Shown: positions 12,341-25,450 of the stretch, in pieces
Position numbering within the stretch: the first letter of the stretch is position 1
How the letters are laid out: each line of letters starts with the position of its first letter
Source of the DNA: Dimorphilus gyrociliatus
Lineage: Eukaryota; Animalia; Annelida
Assembly: GCA_904063045.1 (NCBI GenBank)
Contig: CAJFCJ010000039.1
Coordinates: forward strand, 67,381-131,380
Reading direction: 5' to 3'
DNA: 64,000 bases
The notes under the pieces: generated by a model
Database searches by the model: none
What the model was told of the DNA's origin: nothing
Seen by the model: only the letters and a program-made list of their open reading frames with translations
Position numbers and translations under genes: made by a program

Positions 12341-14374
12341 GTCAGGGAAAGAATAAATGAAAGGGGGAACGAAAAGAGGACAGATACAGGAAAGCCAAAA
12401 GTAAGGATAACTTTTATCTTGTTTTAGGCGAACAATAACAATAATAGTCAAATCAATCTTTTCGTCATCCTTCAATTCTCTTCTACCTTCTCTTTCCTCA
12501 CCTGGCAACTCTTCCGCCTTCTATCAGTCTTTGCCACTTTTTTCATGCTTTATTCATCTCCTCATCAAAAAACACACGCCAAATTAGCGCTAATTAAACG
12601 ACAAGTCGGAAGTTGAACAATAGTGTATATACTGAGCACATCTTTCGTGCACCTTTATCTTTTTGACTAAAATCCTTTAATAGTAGGAGCGTAACCTATA
12701 ATGAGGGACAAACTAAGAAAGAAAGACGAAGAGATGTCTTACGAGTTTTTTTCGTTTTGAATGGATTAATACTATTCAATATTAGTTAATTTGCGTTTAC
12801 TATTCCAAAATCTTCTCAAATGCCTTATAGACTAGGAGCTTAGAGTCTCTTAAAAATACTGATCCTAATCAAAGTCTGTTTTGGGCCTATTATAGTCCTA
12901 TTGTCTGAACTAAACGTGTGGCTGCAGGCATGTTGAAAGATTTTCCTCTTAATAAACCTTAGCATTATTATAATATTAAGATTAGCACTCGTACAGCTAA
13001 TGTCGTTATAACATTATTAGTAAAATAACCTTTTCTCAAGGAATAATGCGTTCCGGCTATTGACGAAGATAATTGGTAAAAAATATTAACATATTACTTT
13101 ACACAATTACAACGTCAAATCTCCTTTTAGAAAATAAATATACACACTTACATACATTTATACAGATATATGAATATATATATATCTTTATGTGTTTTTC
13201 TTCTTTTGTTTACGCATACAAATACCTAGACTGTTTATACACGAGTATTAAAATACCTACAATTTGCTGTATATAAATAAATATGTATTGTATACTTTTT
13301 TTTCATATGTGTCATTGAATACATAAACCTAGTAATTCTATATATACTGTGTATTCAATTTAAATGTATATATATATATATATATTTATATACCAATGTA
13401 TACATGGATTAGTTGTTATTCATTTAAATCATCTAAAGTACTGTCTTTTCTCAGCTCTCGTTTATTACAGAATTTGCAATAGTTGCACACTTTTTATTAT
13501 CTAAAATTAAAAAGTAAAAGAATCAAACAGATAAAAGTAAAAAACTATTTCTTTTTTTAAGTACATGTTTGTAAATATAGATGCAGTTTATTTTCAGATC
13601 AGTCGGTTCTCTCTCTCTCTCTTCATCTCTTTAATTTCTTTTTTAAGTCTAATTTTAAATGGCAAGAGGCAGAGAGAATAAACACTTTTTTTTTAGTTTT
13701 GATCAAGCGAAAAAAATTGAGATGAAAAAATTGTAAAAAGGATCGGTTTACATCGATACCCTTGAGTGGGGAATCGCATGATAAAGCGAGTGATTAGGCT
13801 AAAGGATGGCGGTGTAAAGCTTATGTTACCGTAAGTTTATATTCTTTTGTGACAATTGTAAAATTATATAGTTTAAAAACTATTAAATAATCTTATTCAA
13901 GTATTTTGTATTGATCCTAAGAAAAGGCGTTTCCTTTAGTAATATACACAAGTAATATATAATATATATATACGGTATATATAGCATATGTAGTAACCGT
14001 CTTATTCTTTTGTAATGTTTTTTTTTATTTACTTTAAAGATTAACTATTTATTTGAATCAATTTCTCATCAATTTTTTAATAGCATAGCTTTCTTGAAAA
14101 CATCAGGGTAAAATCAGACTTCTCCGCTAAAAGTAGGCTTTATTATTGCATTTTAAAGCCGTCTATAAAACACTACAAGCCATTGGCGTGACTATCCTGC
14201 AATTGAATTAATTGAATTTAACAGGGCATTCATTGATGAACTGCTTTTTTCATTCGTCTTTTAGTTTTATTTCTCTTTTGATTTTTATCTTCTTTAACTA
14301 GAAATTCAAAATAGGAAAAATTAAATAAATAAATAAATAAATAAATAACAAATAAATGGGTCAATAATAAATAC

Positions 14375-14412
<38 letters not shown>

Positions 14413-15147
14413 ATATGAGAGAAGATGATAAAAAAAGCCAAGTTATATTCGTTTACAAAAATCTATAAAATTATTTCATAAACAGCTTCGACACCCACAT
14501 TCTATTAAATAGAAAAACAGATAATGAAATTTAGAGACTAATGTAAATTTCGGTCCGAATTCCATAAAAACAAAAATAGTTGGCTTGCATCTCATGAATA
14601 ATTTAAATGTCTTTTTTTTTAAATGTTCTCCCTTTTCTTTTTTATCTACTCTCTTCAATCTTTCTCATATTCTCTTAATTTAAAGAAGGAGAAATTTTTC
14701 ATTCTATTATTAATTCATTTTAATTCTTTTCTCTTTCTTTTTAAAAACGGTTTTTCTTTTCAATTTCTTTTTCTCTTCCTTCTTCATCTCCTCTATTCAC
14801 CCCTTTCCCTCCCTTTCCCTTCCTCTCTCATTCATTCATTACTTTTCTCTGCCTCTCTGCCTCTCCCTCTTTCTGACGATCTGTCTATCTCTACCAAACA
14901 TATTCTTTTTTTTCTATAATTCATTCATGTCTTTTTTTTGTGTTCAATTGAAAAAAAAAGAGAAAAGAATTTTTTTCTTCGCCTTTAACAGTTTGCTATT
15001 TCTATTTGGCACACCGGTTATCCACTTTTAATTGCTGCACGTTAAATTAACCTGTATTCTATTGATTCGACGTATACTTAAGACTTTTTGTACCTAGTTC
15101 TTTGTTTAAATTTTTTAAAAAGAGTAGAGTATATATCTATCTATCTA

Positions 15148-15182
<35 letters not shown>

Positions 15183-16872
15183 ATATGTATACATAGATAT
15201 ATGGATATATAGATATATACATACATAAGGTTAATAAAAAGAGAAACGTGCCTATAAAGTCAACTAGAAAATTCACAAGGTAACAGATGGAATTGCTTAT
15301 GGCTGCATATTGGGGCGTTAGGTAAATTTTTAATGATGGCCGTATTTCATTTCATTTCTACGTGTTTCGACACGATTAGAATTCAAAATGATCTCAAAAT
15401 GAGAAACCAGCAGGCATCTTTATCCGGGTAGAGTTTTTTTTTACTTTATACTTTATACAGGCTGTATATAATATAATTTTCATTCAAACATTTCAACATA
15501 CGCTTAAAGGTTATAGCCTATAATTAAATGATATGCTCTCATATATACAGTATACAGTATATTTACTGTATTTACTATATATAAACTATATATATATATA
15601 TATAGTTTATGTCTACGCCAAAAGATAAATTAATAAGAGAACATATAGACCTATATAGACCTATATTATAATATTTATAAATGAAAGAAAAGCACATGAG
15701 GCCGGCGACAGTACAAACTGCAATATCTTTTATAGTTTATCTTTAAATTCTTATAAAGCCTGTGCATAAGTAATAATTTTTAATCAATGTTTTACCAACT
15801 TTTTCTCTTTTAAGTAGCAGCTCACCGTATTTATTTCCGTATTTAAAGCTTTTACTTAAGAAATATATAGTAAAGAATTACAAAAGATTACCTTTACATC
15901 GTTATATTTTATTATAAATATACTGCAATAATCTATTTTTAACCCAATGCAGTTCTACTACAATATTAAAACTTTATTTAAAAAAAAAGAGAGAAGGAAA
16001 GTAAAGGATAAAGAAATAAATGTTTAATCGTTTCCTTTCAATTCGTGTGCGCTTTTATTAAATTTCGCGTAATTGGTAAAATTAACGAATAATTTATTAT
16101 CATTCATTTTGAAAGCTTCTCTTCTTTTTTTTGCTCTCTTTTCTTTCAGCTCCCTCTCTCTCTCTCTCTCTCTCTCTCTTCCTTACAACCGTCAGTTGAT
16201 TTGTAAAATATTTTATTACGTCTTGACGTTTCTCTTCCTTCTGGAGGAGGAAGCTGAGGGAATGGAAGATTGAATGAAATAAAGAGGATAAAAGTAAAAA
16301 TGAAGCGGCAGAGAAAGAGAAGCAATGTCTTATTTGCGCTACGTATTCAGTTTATTAAACATATTTAGTGTGTGTACTCAGAACATATATGTTCAAGAGT
16401 ACGTGAAATTGTTTGACAAACAACTCTCGTAGGCATTGGTAAAGGGAAGAGATTTTGAACTGAAACCGATTTGGTCAAAATCCCTTACAGATTAGTAAGG
16501 GCGGTGGTTTTTTTGTAGCTAGTAAGAGTTTTAAAGGATTATAATCCGCTAAGTCTGTATTTGATATTCTCAATCGAAAAAAGGGAAAAATTAGCAACAA
16601 AAGGAGGAGAAAATGATGATTTAATAGCGAAAAGATATTTAAATCTAAAAATACATACTTCTTATATATACGGTATATATACTACAAGAAAGGGATTTGA
16701 ACAAAACAACAGTGCGTGTTCAATCAATCGATCTGGTCGATTCTCAAGATTTTTCGAGCGCTTTAATAATGCAGCAATTAATTCGAATTCGCAATTAATA
16801 GGAATCTATCAAGAGGATCGACTTGGGCTACTTCATTAGTTTGCCAATACGCCGCTCACGCTGAAGATATAG

Positions 16873-16886
16873 GTTGCTAAGGCAAC
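16873..16886. promoter_or_regulatory. RFX X-box motif
   Basis: GTTGCTAAGGCAAC, a near-palindromic X-box. Confidence 0.45.
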
Positions 16887-16999
16887 AAGCTCCTGCTTTC
16901 CTAATTAATTTTAGCCTGTTGTTTCAGAGTTTTAATATGGTTGCTCCAATCGAAAAATTGATCTGCGAGTTACTGTTTACAAAATGTAACGAACATTTA

Positions 17000-17013
17000 G
17001 TCGTAGATGGCGC
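17000..17013 (+). promoter_or_regulatory. CTCF-like motif
   Basis: GTCGTAGATGGCGC. Confidence 0.45.
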
Positions 17014-17093
17014 ACTACAAGATAATAATAGCCAACTTTTTTCTCTCTCTCTCTAGCTCTCTCTCCTCGTCTTTCTCTAATGCTAATTACATC

Positions 17094-17107
17094 TCACTAG
17101 ATGGCAC
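17094..17107 (+). promoter_or_regulatory. CTCF-like motif
   Basis: TCACTAGATGGCAC, one mismatch to consensus. Confidence 0.5.
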
Positions 17108-19266
17108 AAAGAACGCTCAGTTAGGCTTTAAAGCCTGTTTTCTGTTTTTTCTCTCCAGTTAAATCATTCTAAAGCACGTAAAAAATATAAAAAACTAGGA
17201 TAAGAATTCATTAACCAAAATTATAAGAAAGTAATAGTTTCGTTACTTTTAGAAGAATTTCATAAAAGATTAATTTACTATGAGAGAATTATTCTTCGCT
17301 CTCATTACCTTAAATCGTAAAATAATCACGACCTTTGGCCTCGTTCTAATCGGCTACTAAAAAGAATCTCCGAGGATTTTCTAATCAGTCTTAAGGAGAG
17401 AAAAATCAACATATAATGATGACAATAATGACGATGATACTACAAATGAGAGAGCAGTAGAAGCGATGACGGTGCAGTTGAGGCGGTGTAAAAGAGAAGG
17501 AGGGGAATGGGAGGGACGGAGGCAAATAGACAGACAGACAAATAGATCGAAAAGAAGGAAAGATAAAGCCAAGTTATTTTTAAAAAGAAAACAATAAAGA
17601 AAGAAGGAGGGCAAAGGAAGCAGGAATAAAGAAAAGTGTCATTTTATCTTCTATTTGAGTTTGTTTTCCCTTTTTTTTCAATTGACCTGGCTGACATAAG
17701 AAAGTGTGATAGAATCGAATAAACGTGTAATAATTTTAAACATATACATACTATATTGATTTTGCTTCTTCTTCCTCTTTCTCCTCCCCTCCTTCTCTCT
17801 CTCTTTCTCTCTGTCTTTTCCTTCCATTTTCTCTCTTTTCTCTCTTTCCTTTTTCAAGACATAGTCCACTACCCTTTGATACGATCCGTATCAGCTTCCC
17901 TCATTTCAACTTTTTTCTCTTTTATTCTCCTCCGCTGGTTTATTAATGACAAATCTAAATAGGCTAAAGTCTTTTTTTTCTCTTCCTCGCCAACGTCTTT
18001 CTCTTTGACTGAGAGATAGAGAGACACAGAGAGTGAGAGAGAGTGAGAGAGAGGTAAGTGGAAAGGGATGAGAAAGAGAGATAGAGAGAAAGAAAGGGAG
18101 AGTTGATCTACATAATTCAACTTTCGTTAATTACCTAAATTAATTAACTGCTCTATTTAAAGAAAAAAATGAACGATTGATTTCTTTTATCTACGTTGAA
18201 CAAAGGAAAAAAATAAAGAGGAAAGTTGATACAAAAAGGTTATAATCAATGTTTAAATGACTGTATCATTTATATAAATATATTAAAACCAACTGCTCCG
18301 TAAACAGCACACATTTTGTATGACATACTGTATATTCTACATAATAATATATATTATATATACCTTTTCTATATATATATATATATATATATGTATTCTT
18401 AATTAGCTTTTTTAGCTTTCTTTCAAGCAACTTAGAAACAAACAAACACACAAAAACAGAGAAGAATCTTATTGATTATCTTATTAAAAAGGATTTATTT
18501 TCCATTTTCCCTCCTATATTATACTACTTGTATGTCATGTGTACATCGAGAATGGCGTTATTCCCCTGCAGATATTTTCTACAGATGGTCATTTTAAAGG
18601 GAACAGGTGAATCTTCATCAGGCAAACACACGTTACAAATTTCCAATAAGATATGGGGGAAAAGAATACTTGGTTAGGATTAATTATCTACTTCTATTTC
18701 AAATAAATAACCCGAAATTTGTCTCTTTTTTGTAATGGCATATTCAACAATAGGATAAAGTAGACCGCAAGGCAAACTAATCCTATTTCTCTTTTAGGTG
18801 TTTCGCCGTTGGTTTTTTAATTAATTAACCTGTCTTCTAAGCTATAGTTGCAGGCAAAATTTCAAGTCTCACAAACCGAGTGATTTCTAATGGGAATCGT
18901 AATGAAATAAACTTTTCTTCTATCCTTTTATCACTCCCTTTTTCTTTTTCCCTTCCCGGTCGCTGGTTTGTCACTTTTTCCCATTTTCTTCCCCTTTCAA
19001 GGCTCTACCGGATCAGTGTCGTTTATTAGGTAAACAATAAATATTTTTATTCCTTTATGCTAAATATTCTCGGTTAGATTTCTCTTCTCGAGATTGTTCT
19101 CAAATTTTTTCTATCTTACCTTTCTCCCTTCTCATTACCCTTTCGACTCTTTCGATTTCTTTTTTATCTCACATTTTACTCTTGTTCCTCTCTCTTCTTC
19201 GTTTTATGCGTCTAGCTAGTTTCTTAACGAACGACAAACAGAGAGAGGAAAAACAAACACCTAATA

Positions 19267-19280
19267 ACGCCATCTATAGT
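19267..19280 (-). promoter_or_regulatory. CTCF-like motif
   Basis: ACTATAGATGGCGT on (-). Confidence 0.35.
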
Positions 19281-20091
19281 CTAATCAAGTGAATAGAACT
19301 AACTGAATAAATGCTTTTCGTAAAGGAGAGCAGGAGAGTCTATTCAAACAAAGAAGTTTTACTCTATTGAACGAAGATATAGTGACATAGGACTAGATTA
19401 AAGCGAATCTCGAAACCTAGATGTTTATTTACGAAATAAATTGTACTTTATTAAGGGACAATCGATGAGAAAACAAAAGTAGTCGACCAAGATTAGGACT
19501 ATTAGCTCATAGGATTGTAAATGATATGGAATTGAATGAGAATAGGCGTTATTTTTCCCTAATAATCATATAGGTTAAAACAAAAACAATAAGTCTAATT
19601 TTTTTTTAGAGGCAGCTTTCCTTTCGTGTTTGTCTTTAACTCTTGTTCTACATAGTCAACATAAAATATATAGCAAATCCTTTGATCTACTTAGACGCTT
19701 ATAACCGCACCTTTTTCTATGCAATAACTCTTTCGGAAACGTACAGAAAACTACTTTGATATGAATTTTTGTGTTATTTTCTTGGTATGTACAAACAATA
19801 ATCAGTTTCTTCAATTTCCTACAAATACACAACCAAAATATTTGATTGTGACTTTTTCTTTTTTATTATTCTTTCTTTATTTCTGTCTTTCTTCCTCTCT
19901 CTCTCTCTCTCTTTCTCTCTCCCTTCCTCCCTCCCTCCCTCCATAGTTCTGCCTTGGGCTTTCATTTTTGGCTTGTTCAACTGTATCTTGCGTATTTGAT
20001 CTTTCTACTTGTTCAAATCAATCAACAAATTTGTCGGCTGCAATTGCGGTAAACTTTCATTTATTTATTATTTTATTCAATCTTTCTTTAA

Positions 20092-20123
<32 letters not shown>

Positions 20124-21819
20124 CTATCTATTTGTTTCTCATATTCTCCAAGAGCAGATCCTTTCCAGCGTTATCGTTCTCGAGTATGCACACTGTCAGG
20201 CGGTTGAAAAGGAGAAAAAATATTCACTGGTTAGTTTATTTTTATATTTTCTCTACTATTAATCATTGTTATTTATAGCAGACAACTTTTTTTTCTTTCA
20301 TTATAACGATACTATTTTGTTTCTTTGTTTTCCCATTCAACAAAATCATTAAAAACTAGGGAGTATTAGCCTGCTCATCCATCTTTCTCATTATACCGGC
20401 AACCTGTAATTGTTTGTTCAATTCATCTTTAAGAATATACGAAAAGATAAGGGTTGTTTCTTTAAATCAAACCCAATTTATCTCCAATATATTTTCGGCG
20501 AATGATGTAAGTTATATTATATTTTTGTACCAAAATCTCTTCTAGTAAATGATAAAACTGTTGTTGTTCTTAGAAAAATTTAACGGCATTGGAAATCTCT
20601 CTTCTAATAACTGCCTTTTTATCGTTAACCGTCTCAGTCTACATCCTTTTCTCACGAATTAAAGCGATGCAATTAAAGAAGAGAGTAGGTTCCATTTGCT
20701 TCTTTCTCCTTTCTAATTGGATCCTGATGCTAATTTTGCTAAATATAATTTTAAATTATTATTCTTTTATGTCATTGCAGGAGGCAACAAGTATTTATCC
20801 AACTGCATCGCCTATCTATTGTACCTTGTGCCATCAATGTATTAATTGTCGAAATATTGCAATTAATCAACAGCAATTCGACTCTCCGCTTTCGGATCAG
20901 GGGAACTTTTTACCAAGAATCTCTTCGAGGGAAAGGTAAAGGCCGAAAAGGAAAGACACAAAGATAGAGGGAAAGAAGATGTGAAGAGAAGGAGGAAGGA
21001 AAGAAAGAAAGTAAATAAAAAAATAGCAAGCAACCAATAAACAATGTAGTAGAAGAACGAAAAAGGAAATTTTAATAAGCACTCTCTTTCTCCCATTTTG
21101 GAAAAGAATTCTATTTCTCACTCATGCTTACTTAAGCTTTTCTCCGCTTCGGGCAATTTTCACGGCAGATTATATAGAGCTCTATGTCTATTGTTAAATA
21201 TTAATATTTAATAAATAAATCTATATAATTTAATAATTTCAATGAATTCTAAAGGTAAACTTTGTCCTTAGGAAAACAATGACAAGTATTATCTTTTATT
21301 TTATAGATTTTCGGAGGCTGCAGCAGCTATGTTTACGTTTAAGAAAGAAGAATAAAAACATAATTTTGGCCTAAAGTAATTGAATTGAAATTTTATAAAT
21401 CCGATACAATCTTAAATCCAGGACCAACTGGTTGTCTTACTTTCAAAGCAGACGTTTAAAGCTTTGTTAATCCGTGCAGGCTTTTAAATCCGTTAATGGA
21501 CCAACTCAACATAGAAAATATATATGTTAATAATTAAAGTAGATCTAATAAAACTTTTAGGCAAAAAATATGTAAAGAATAAAGAAATCTCCTTGTAGTT
21601 TTTGTTGTTTTTTTGTTTAAAATATGTATAGTTTTGTTTAAACTGATATCTTTGAAAAAGCCATTAGTAAACTGTACACTGGTCTTAGTTAAACAGACTC
21701 TCTCTCTCTCTCTTTCTCTTTCTTTATATACATTATCTATACACTGTCAAACATCCATTGAAATCTTTTAAAAGAAAGATATTTGTTGCTATTGTAGCTT
21801 TTTTCGTCTTGAATAATCT

Positions 21820-22497
21820 CTACAACTTCCAATTAACGGTAAAATAGTTCTGTGGTCGTTTAACTAGAACGCTATCGCTTCTTACCGAACGGATGGAGTT
21901 AGCGGAGTCAATTCTATACGATTTGCTCGGTAAACTTTCCATCCAGTTCGAATGATGACCAGAAGAACTGGAATGTTTATAAGGGCTAGAATGGAGTCTT
22001 GGTAAGTTGGACCTCGAACCAGGTGTTATAGCAGTTCTTGGCCGAAATAGTAGCGGACTCTTTTGTAATTCGGTAATATTCTCTTCGACTTCGTCCTCTT
22101 TCTGCCAAGCGTTATGTAAACGCCTTCTTTCGGCTGACTCCTGAGTTCGGCGAGAGATGATCCTATTAAAATTTGACGGTGATATAACAGGCTTTGAGAT
22201 CTTTTGACTTGAAAATTGACTTTGCATAGAATTTGCCCTTAAACTTCTTCTACTCTCGAACTGAGGTGATTTTGGAACGGCGGCTCCAGGTCTCGGTCCG
22301 TATACTCTTTGCAAAGGATTATTCCAATTTAAACTCAATCTTTGCAGGCTAAAATTTAGAGTTTGTTGAGAATGAATATGAATAGGAGAAGATTGATCAC
22401 GTGGTATTTCCAAGATATTTACCAGTACATCATCCGGTTGAAAAGTGACTTTTTTCTTACGTTTTAAAGTTGGAGACGATGTCGACACAGTCGTCAT
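21820..22497 (-). CDS. Intronless orphan Ser/Arg-rich protein (225 aa) with N-terminal PP1-docking RVxF motif
   Basis: 678-nt ATG-to-TAA ORF, far longer than background ORFs and not derived from a microsatellite. KRKKKVTFQPDDVLVNILEIPR near the N-terminus; the remainder looks disordered. No family recognised. Confidence 0.75.
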   Translation of the reverse strand: MTTVSTSSPTLKRKKKVTFQPDDVLVNILEIPRDQSSPIHIHSQQTLNFSLQRLSLNWNNPLQRVYGPRPGAAVPKSPQFESRRSLRANSMQSQFSSQKISKPVISPSNFNRIISRRTQESAERRRLHNAWQKEDEVEENITELQKSPLLFRPRTAITPGSRSNLPRLHSSPYKHSSSSGHHSNWMESLPSKSYRIDSANSIRSVRSDSVLVKRPQNYFTVNWKL

Positions 22498-24004
22498 ATT
22501 TTTTTGCAGTTTCTGCAGTTTCTTTTCGTAAAATCGTTAGTTTTTCAAGTCCGAGTCAATTGAATGTTAATAACAACATCGATTTCATCTCCCACCTTCA
22601 TATTCTCTTCAATTAAACTGTATCCAACTGAAAAGCTAAGGGAAACAACTACACGACACTGCTTACAATTCCAACGTTCGATTAAGTATTGAACGAAACA
22701 ACTGCAAAAGCAGACTATTACTAATTCTCTAGATTAGTCGGCCATGAATAGATTAGTGGATTAGTTAAATATTTTCATTGTTAACCTTATTCAATAACAT
22801 TTTTATCCTAAATTTCTTTAACCATTTTTATTTTCAAACGGAAATCATCTATTTTCAAAGTTTTATGCCAATCCCTAATATTTTTTAATTAGCATAAACT
22901 AGCCGGCCTATCAGAAATGAGCGAATCGATAAGTGTCTTTTTGATGTACATTTTATATCTCAATACCTTTAAATGTTTAAGTAGATTAAAGACTATTTTG
23001 AGTACAACTTTGTACAATTAAGGAAGAATAGATAAATGGTCGTGTTTACTTTAAATATTTTATGAATATTGATAGAAATTCACTTTTCATTTATTAATCT
23101 TATTACTCGTTTTTTAGAATCTCTCTTCTCGTTTGCTTTTCACTTTTCCGCTCTTCTCTTTTCATCATTTCCTCTTCTTCGTCTTTACAATTATGTTGTA
23201 TACGTGAAATTTCTTTCTCTGGGAAATCCGATTATTAATATGACTTTACCCAGAAAGATACGGTTAGTCTATCTATAGACGCTGTCAAGAGGCTTCCTAT
23301 ATGAAGTAATCAACGCATTTTATAACAGCACACACAATATACACAGTATACTGTATACATTGTATATATAGATATATAGATATATATCCATATTTCCATG
23401 CAAAGTTACAAACAAATATAAATACAACTACAATATATTCATGTACATACGTGAATATATTAGTATATATATGTTTATACATATTTTCATTTATGGACAT
23501 ACTGAAAAACTTCCGCAAGCCTGTTCTTTATACACTCTGTAAAAAGAATTATTGATTTGCTGTAGGCCCCTGCTTGGCAGCAGCACTGCAGTTTTTTAGG
23601 AATACAGATCGTATGTAAGTACTTTTCTTAGATTTCCACTAGCTGCAATTGACTAATTTTGCCGATATTTCAAAGGATATTTGTATATTTTTGTATATTT
23701 TCATATATTGCAGCCATGGCCCATTCAAATAGTTCAATCAATCGGACGACGAAGAAGAAAAGAGGTTCACCAAGGTATATTTAGATATGAGTTGTAGAAT
23801 AATCACAGGTTAAAATGCGCAATCACAAAAATCGAGTCATTCAATTATCTAAAACCAACATTATCATATTATATTCGCCTTCCACTTAATACTCCACATA
23901 TAAATTCTAAATAATCAATAGAAACTAAATCGAGTAGATTTTTTTATATAACAGAACGATTAATAAAAATTGCCTTTTGTATTGCAGCTCATAAGACAAG
24001 TCAA

Positions 24005-25450
24005 ATGGATACTGATCAAGCTAGTAGTAGGGATAATCAGTCGTCTGTTAATTTCCTGGACCAGGCCAGCGCTCAACTATTCCAATGCAGTCTTTGTTTG
24101 GATGAGTACAACTCACCAAAAGCCTTGCCATGTTTGCACACTTATTGTGCCAAATGTCTATATCAGCATGTTCAGGTAGCCAAGAGTAGAGGCTACAAAG
24201 ACACTTTCGAATGTCCCCAATGTAGAATTGCAACCAAACTGCCAAACGGAGGACCTTTAGCTTTTCCTGATAATTTTTTGATAAACAGCGCTAGAGATTT
24301 ATTTAGAGACTTGAAATTTAATACAGAAAAGGAGAAGGAGGATGACGACGAGAGGAAAAACGTAGAGAGAGAGAAGCTGTTAAAATGTCTAGATGATCAA
24401 AATGAAAGGGTTAAAGAAGAAATAGATTACGCTTATAAGAAATTTACTAGAATTCTATTAGTGAATCAACAGAAGGACTTGGAAGATTTAAAAGAAGCTA
24501 CTAACAAATTGAAATACTCCATTTCCAATTCTGATAATTCTCAATTTAAAGCCGGTGTATTACGTCATAATTGTAATTTTCAACCATTCGATTATTCATT
24601 TTTGGAGGCCGTTATGGAAACTAGGAAACCTTTACTTAGAATATTTTCAACATTCAAAAGGCCTAAATTAAAGTATATATTTAATGTAACTTGCGATTGG
24701 CTAATGGATATGTCAAGTTATGAGGATAATTTGATACTTGTAAAAAGAATCTCTTCTCATAGAGGAACTGTAGCTAAATTCAGTGAAGATGGCGTTGAAT
24801 TAAAGGATCTATACGGTAATATTCCCGCTAGGTGCGCCATCGTCGGAAAGACCTTGTACGTCACGGATTGGGTCGATAACTTTTTACAAGTAATAGATCT
24901 CACCGATAAGGATAAGACTGTCAAATCGATTGAAGCAGCGTCAACCGAATCTTCTTCCAATCCGTTCAATTTGATTAATTGCGGTAACTGCCTTATGGTC
25001 TTGCATCACAAAAGTGCCGATGGTCTAGCAACAATTCTCGGTCCGACATGGACAGCCCAAATTCAAAAGGCGCTACCCGAAGAAATTAAATTTCACTGGT
25101 ACGCCTGTCACGTGACCGGTAGTACAATCGCGGTAACGGATAAAGAGGAGAGTTGCGTAAGATTTGTAAGAGTAGATAAGGCAAAAAGTTTATCTTCCGT
25201 AAAAGTGAAAGAGGGATTACTCTTTCCGGCCGGTATGTGTAATGATGTGAAATCTTGCCGAATTCTATTAGCAGACAGACAAGCTGGTCGAATTCAAATA
25301 TTATCGTACGACGGAGAGATTGTGGGTGAACTGTTAAATAAAGAAGACGGATTAAAAGAACCACGACTTGTGCATATAAATGAAGTTACGAATTCTTTAT
25401 ATGTAGGCGAACAAGACGGAACTGTTAGAGTATACGAATACCTCTACTAA
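24005..25450 (+). CDS. RING-finger + coiled-coil + NHL-like beta-propeller protein (TRIM-NHL-like E3 ligase, 481 aa, no B-box), intronless CDS
   Basis: C3HC4 RING CSLC...PCLHTYCAKC...FECPQC followed by IATKLPNGGPLAFPDNF, typical of TRIM2/3/56-like RINGs. Charged helical region follows. The C-terminus has NHL-like repeats (LYVTDW, IAVTD, FPAGMC, ILLADRQAGRIQ, LKEPRLVHI). Confidence 0.88.
   Translation: MDTDQASSRDNQSSVNFLDQASAQLFQCSLCLDEYNSPKALPCLHTYCAKCLYQHVQVAKSRGYKDTFECPQCRIATKLPNGGPLAFPDNFLINSARDLFRDLKFNTEKEKEDDDERKNVEREKLLKCLDDQNERVKEEIDYAYKKFTRILLVNQQKDLEDLKEATNKLKYSISNSDNSQFKAGVLRHNCNFQPFDYSFLEAVMETRKPLLRIFSTFKRPKLKYIFNVTCDWLMDMSSYEDNLILVKRISSHRGTVAKFSEDGVELKDLYGNIPARCAIVGKTLYVTDWVDNFLQVIDLTDKDKTVKSIEAASTESSSNPFNLINCGNCLMVLHHKSADGLATILGPTWTAQIQKALPEEIKFHWYACHVTGSTIAVTDKEESCVRFVRVDKAKSLSSVKVKEGLLFPAGMCNDVKSCRILLADRQAGRIQILSYDGEIVGELLNKEDGLKEPRLVHINEVTNSLYVGEQDGTVRVYEYLY

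Noticed and set aside
24048-25364. Antisense ORFs within the TRIM-like CDS (also those opposite the hydrolase, PTB, LRR and rotund exons)
   Set aside because: Shadow frames of real coding exons, with no independent evidence.
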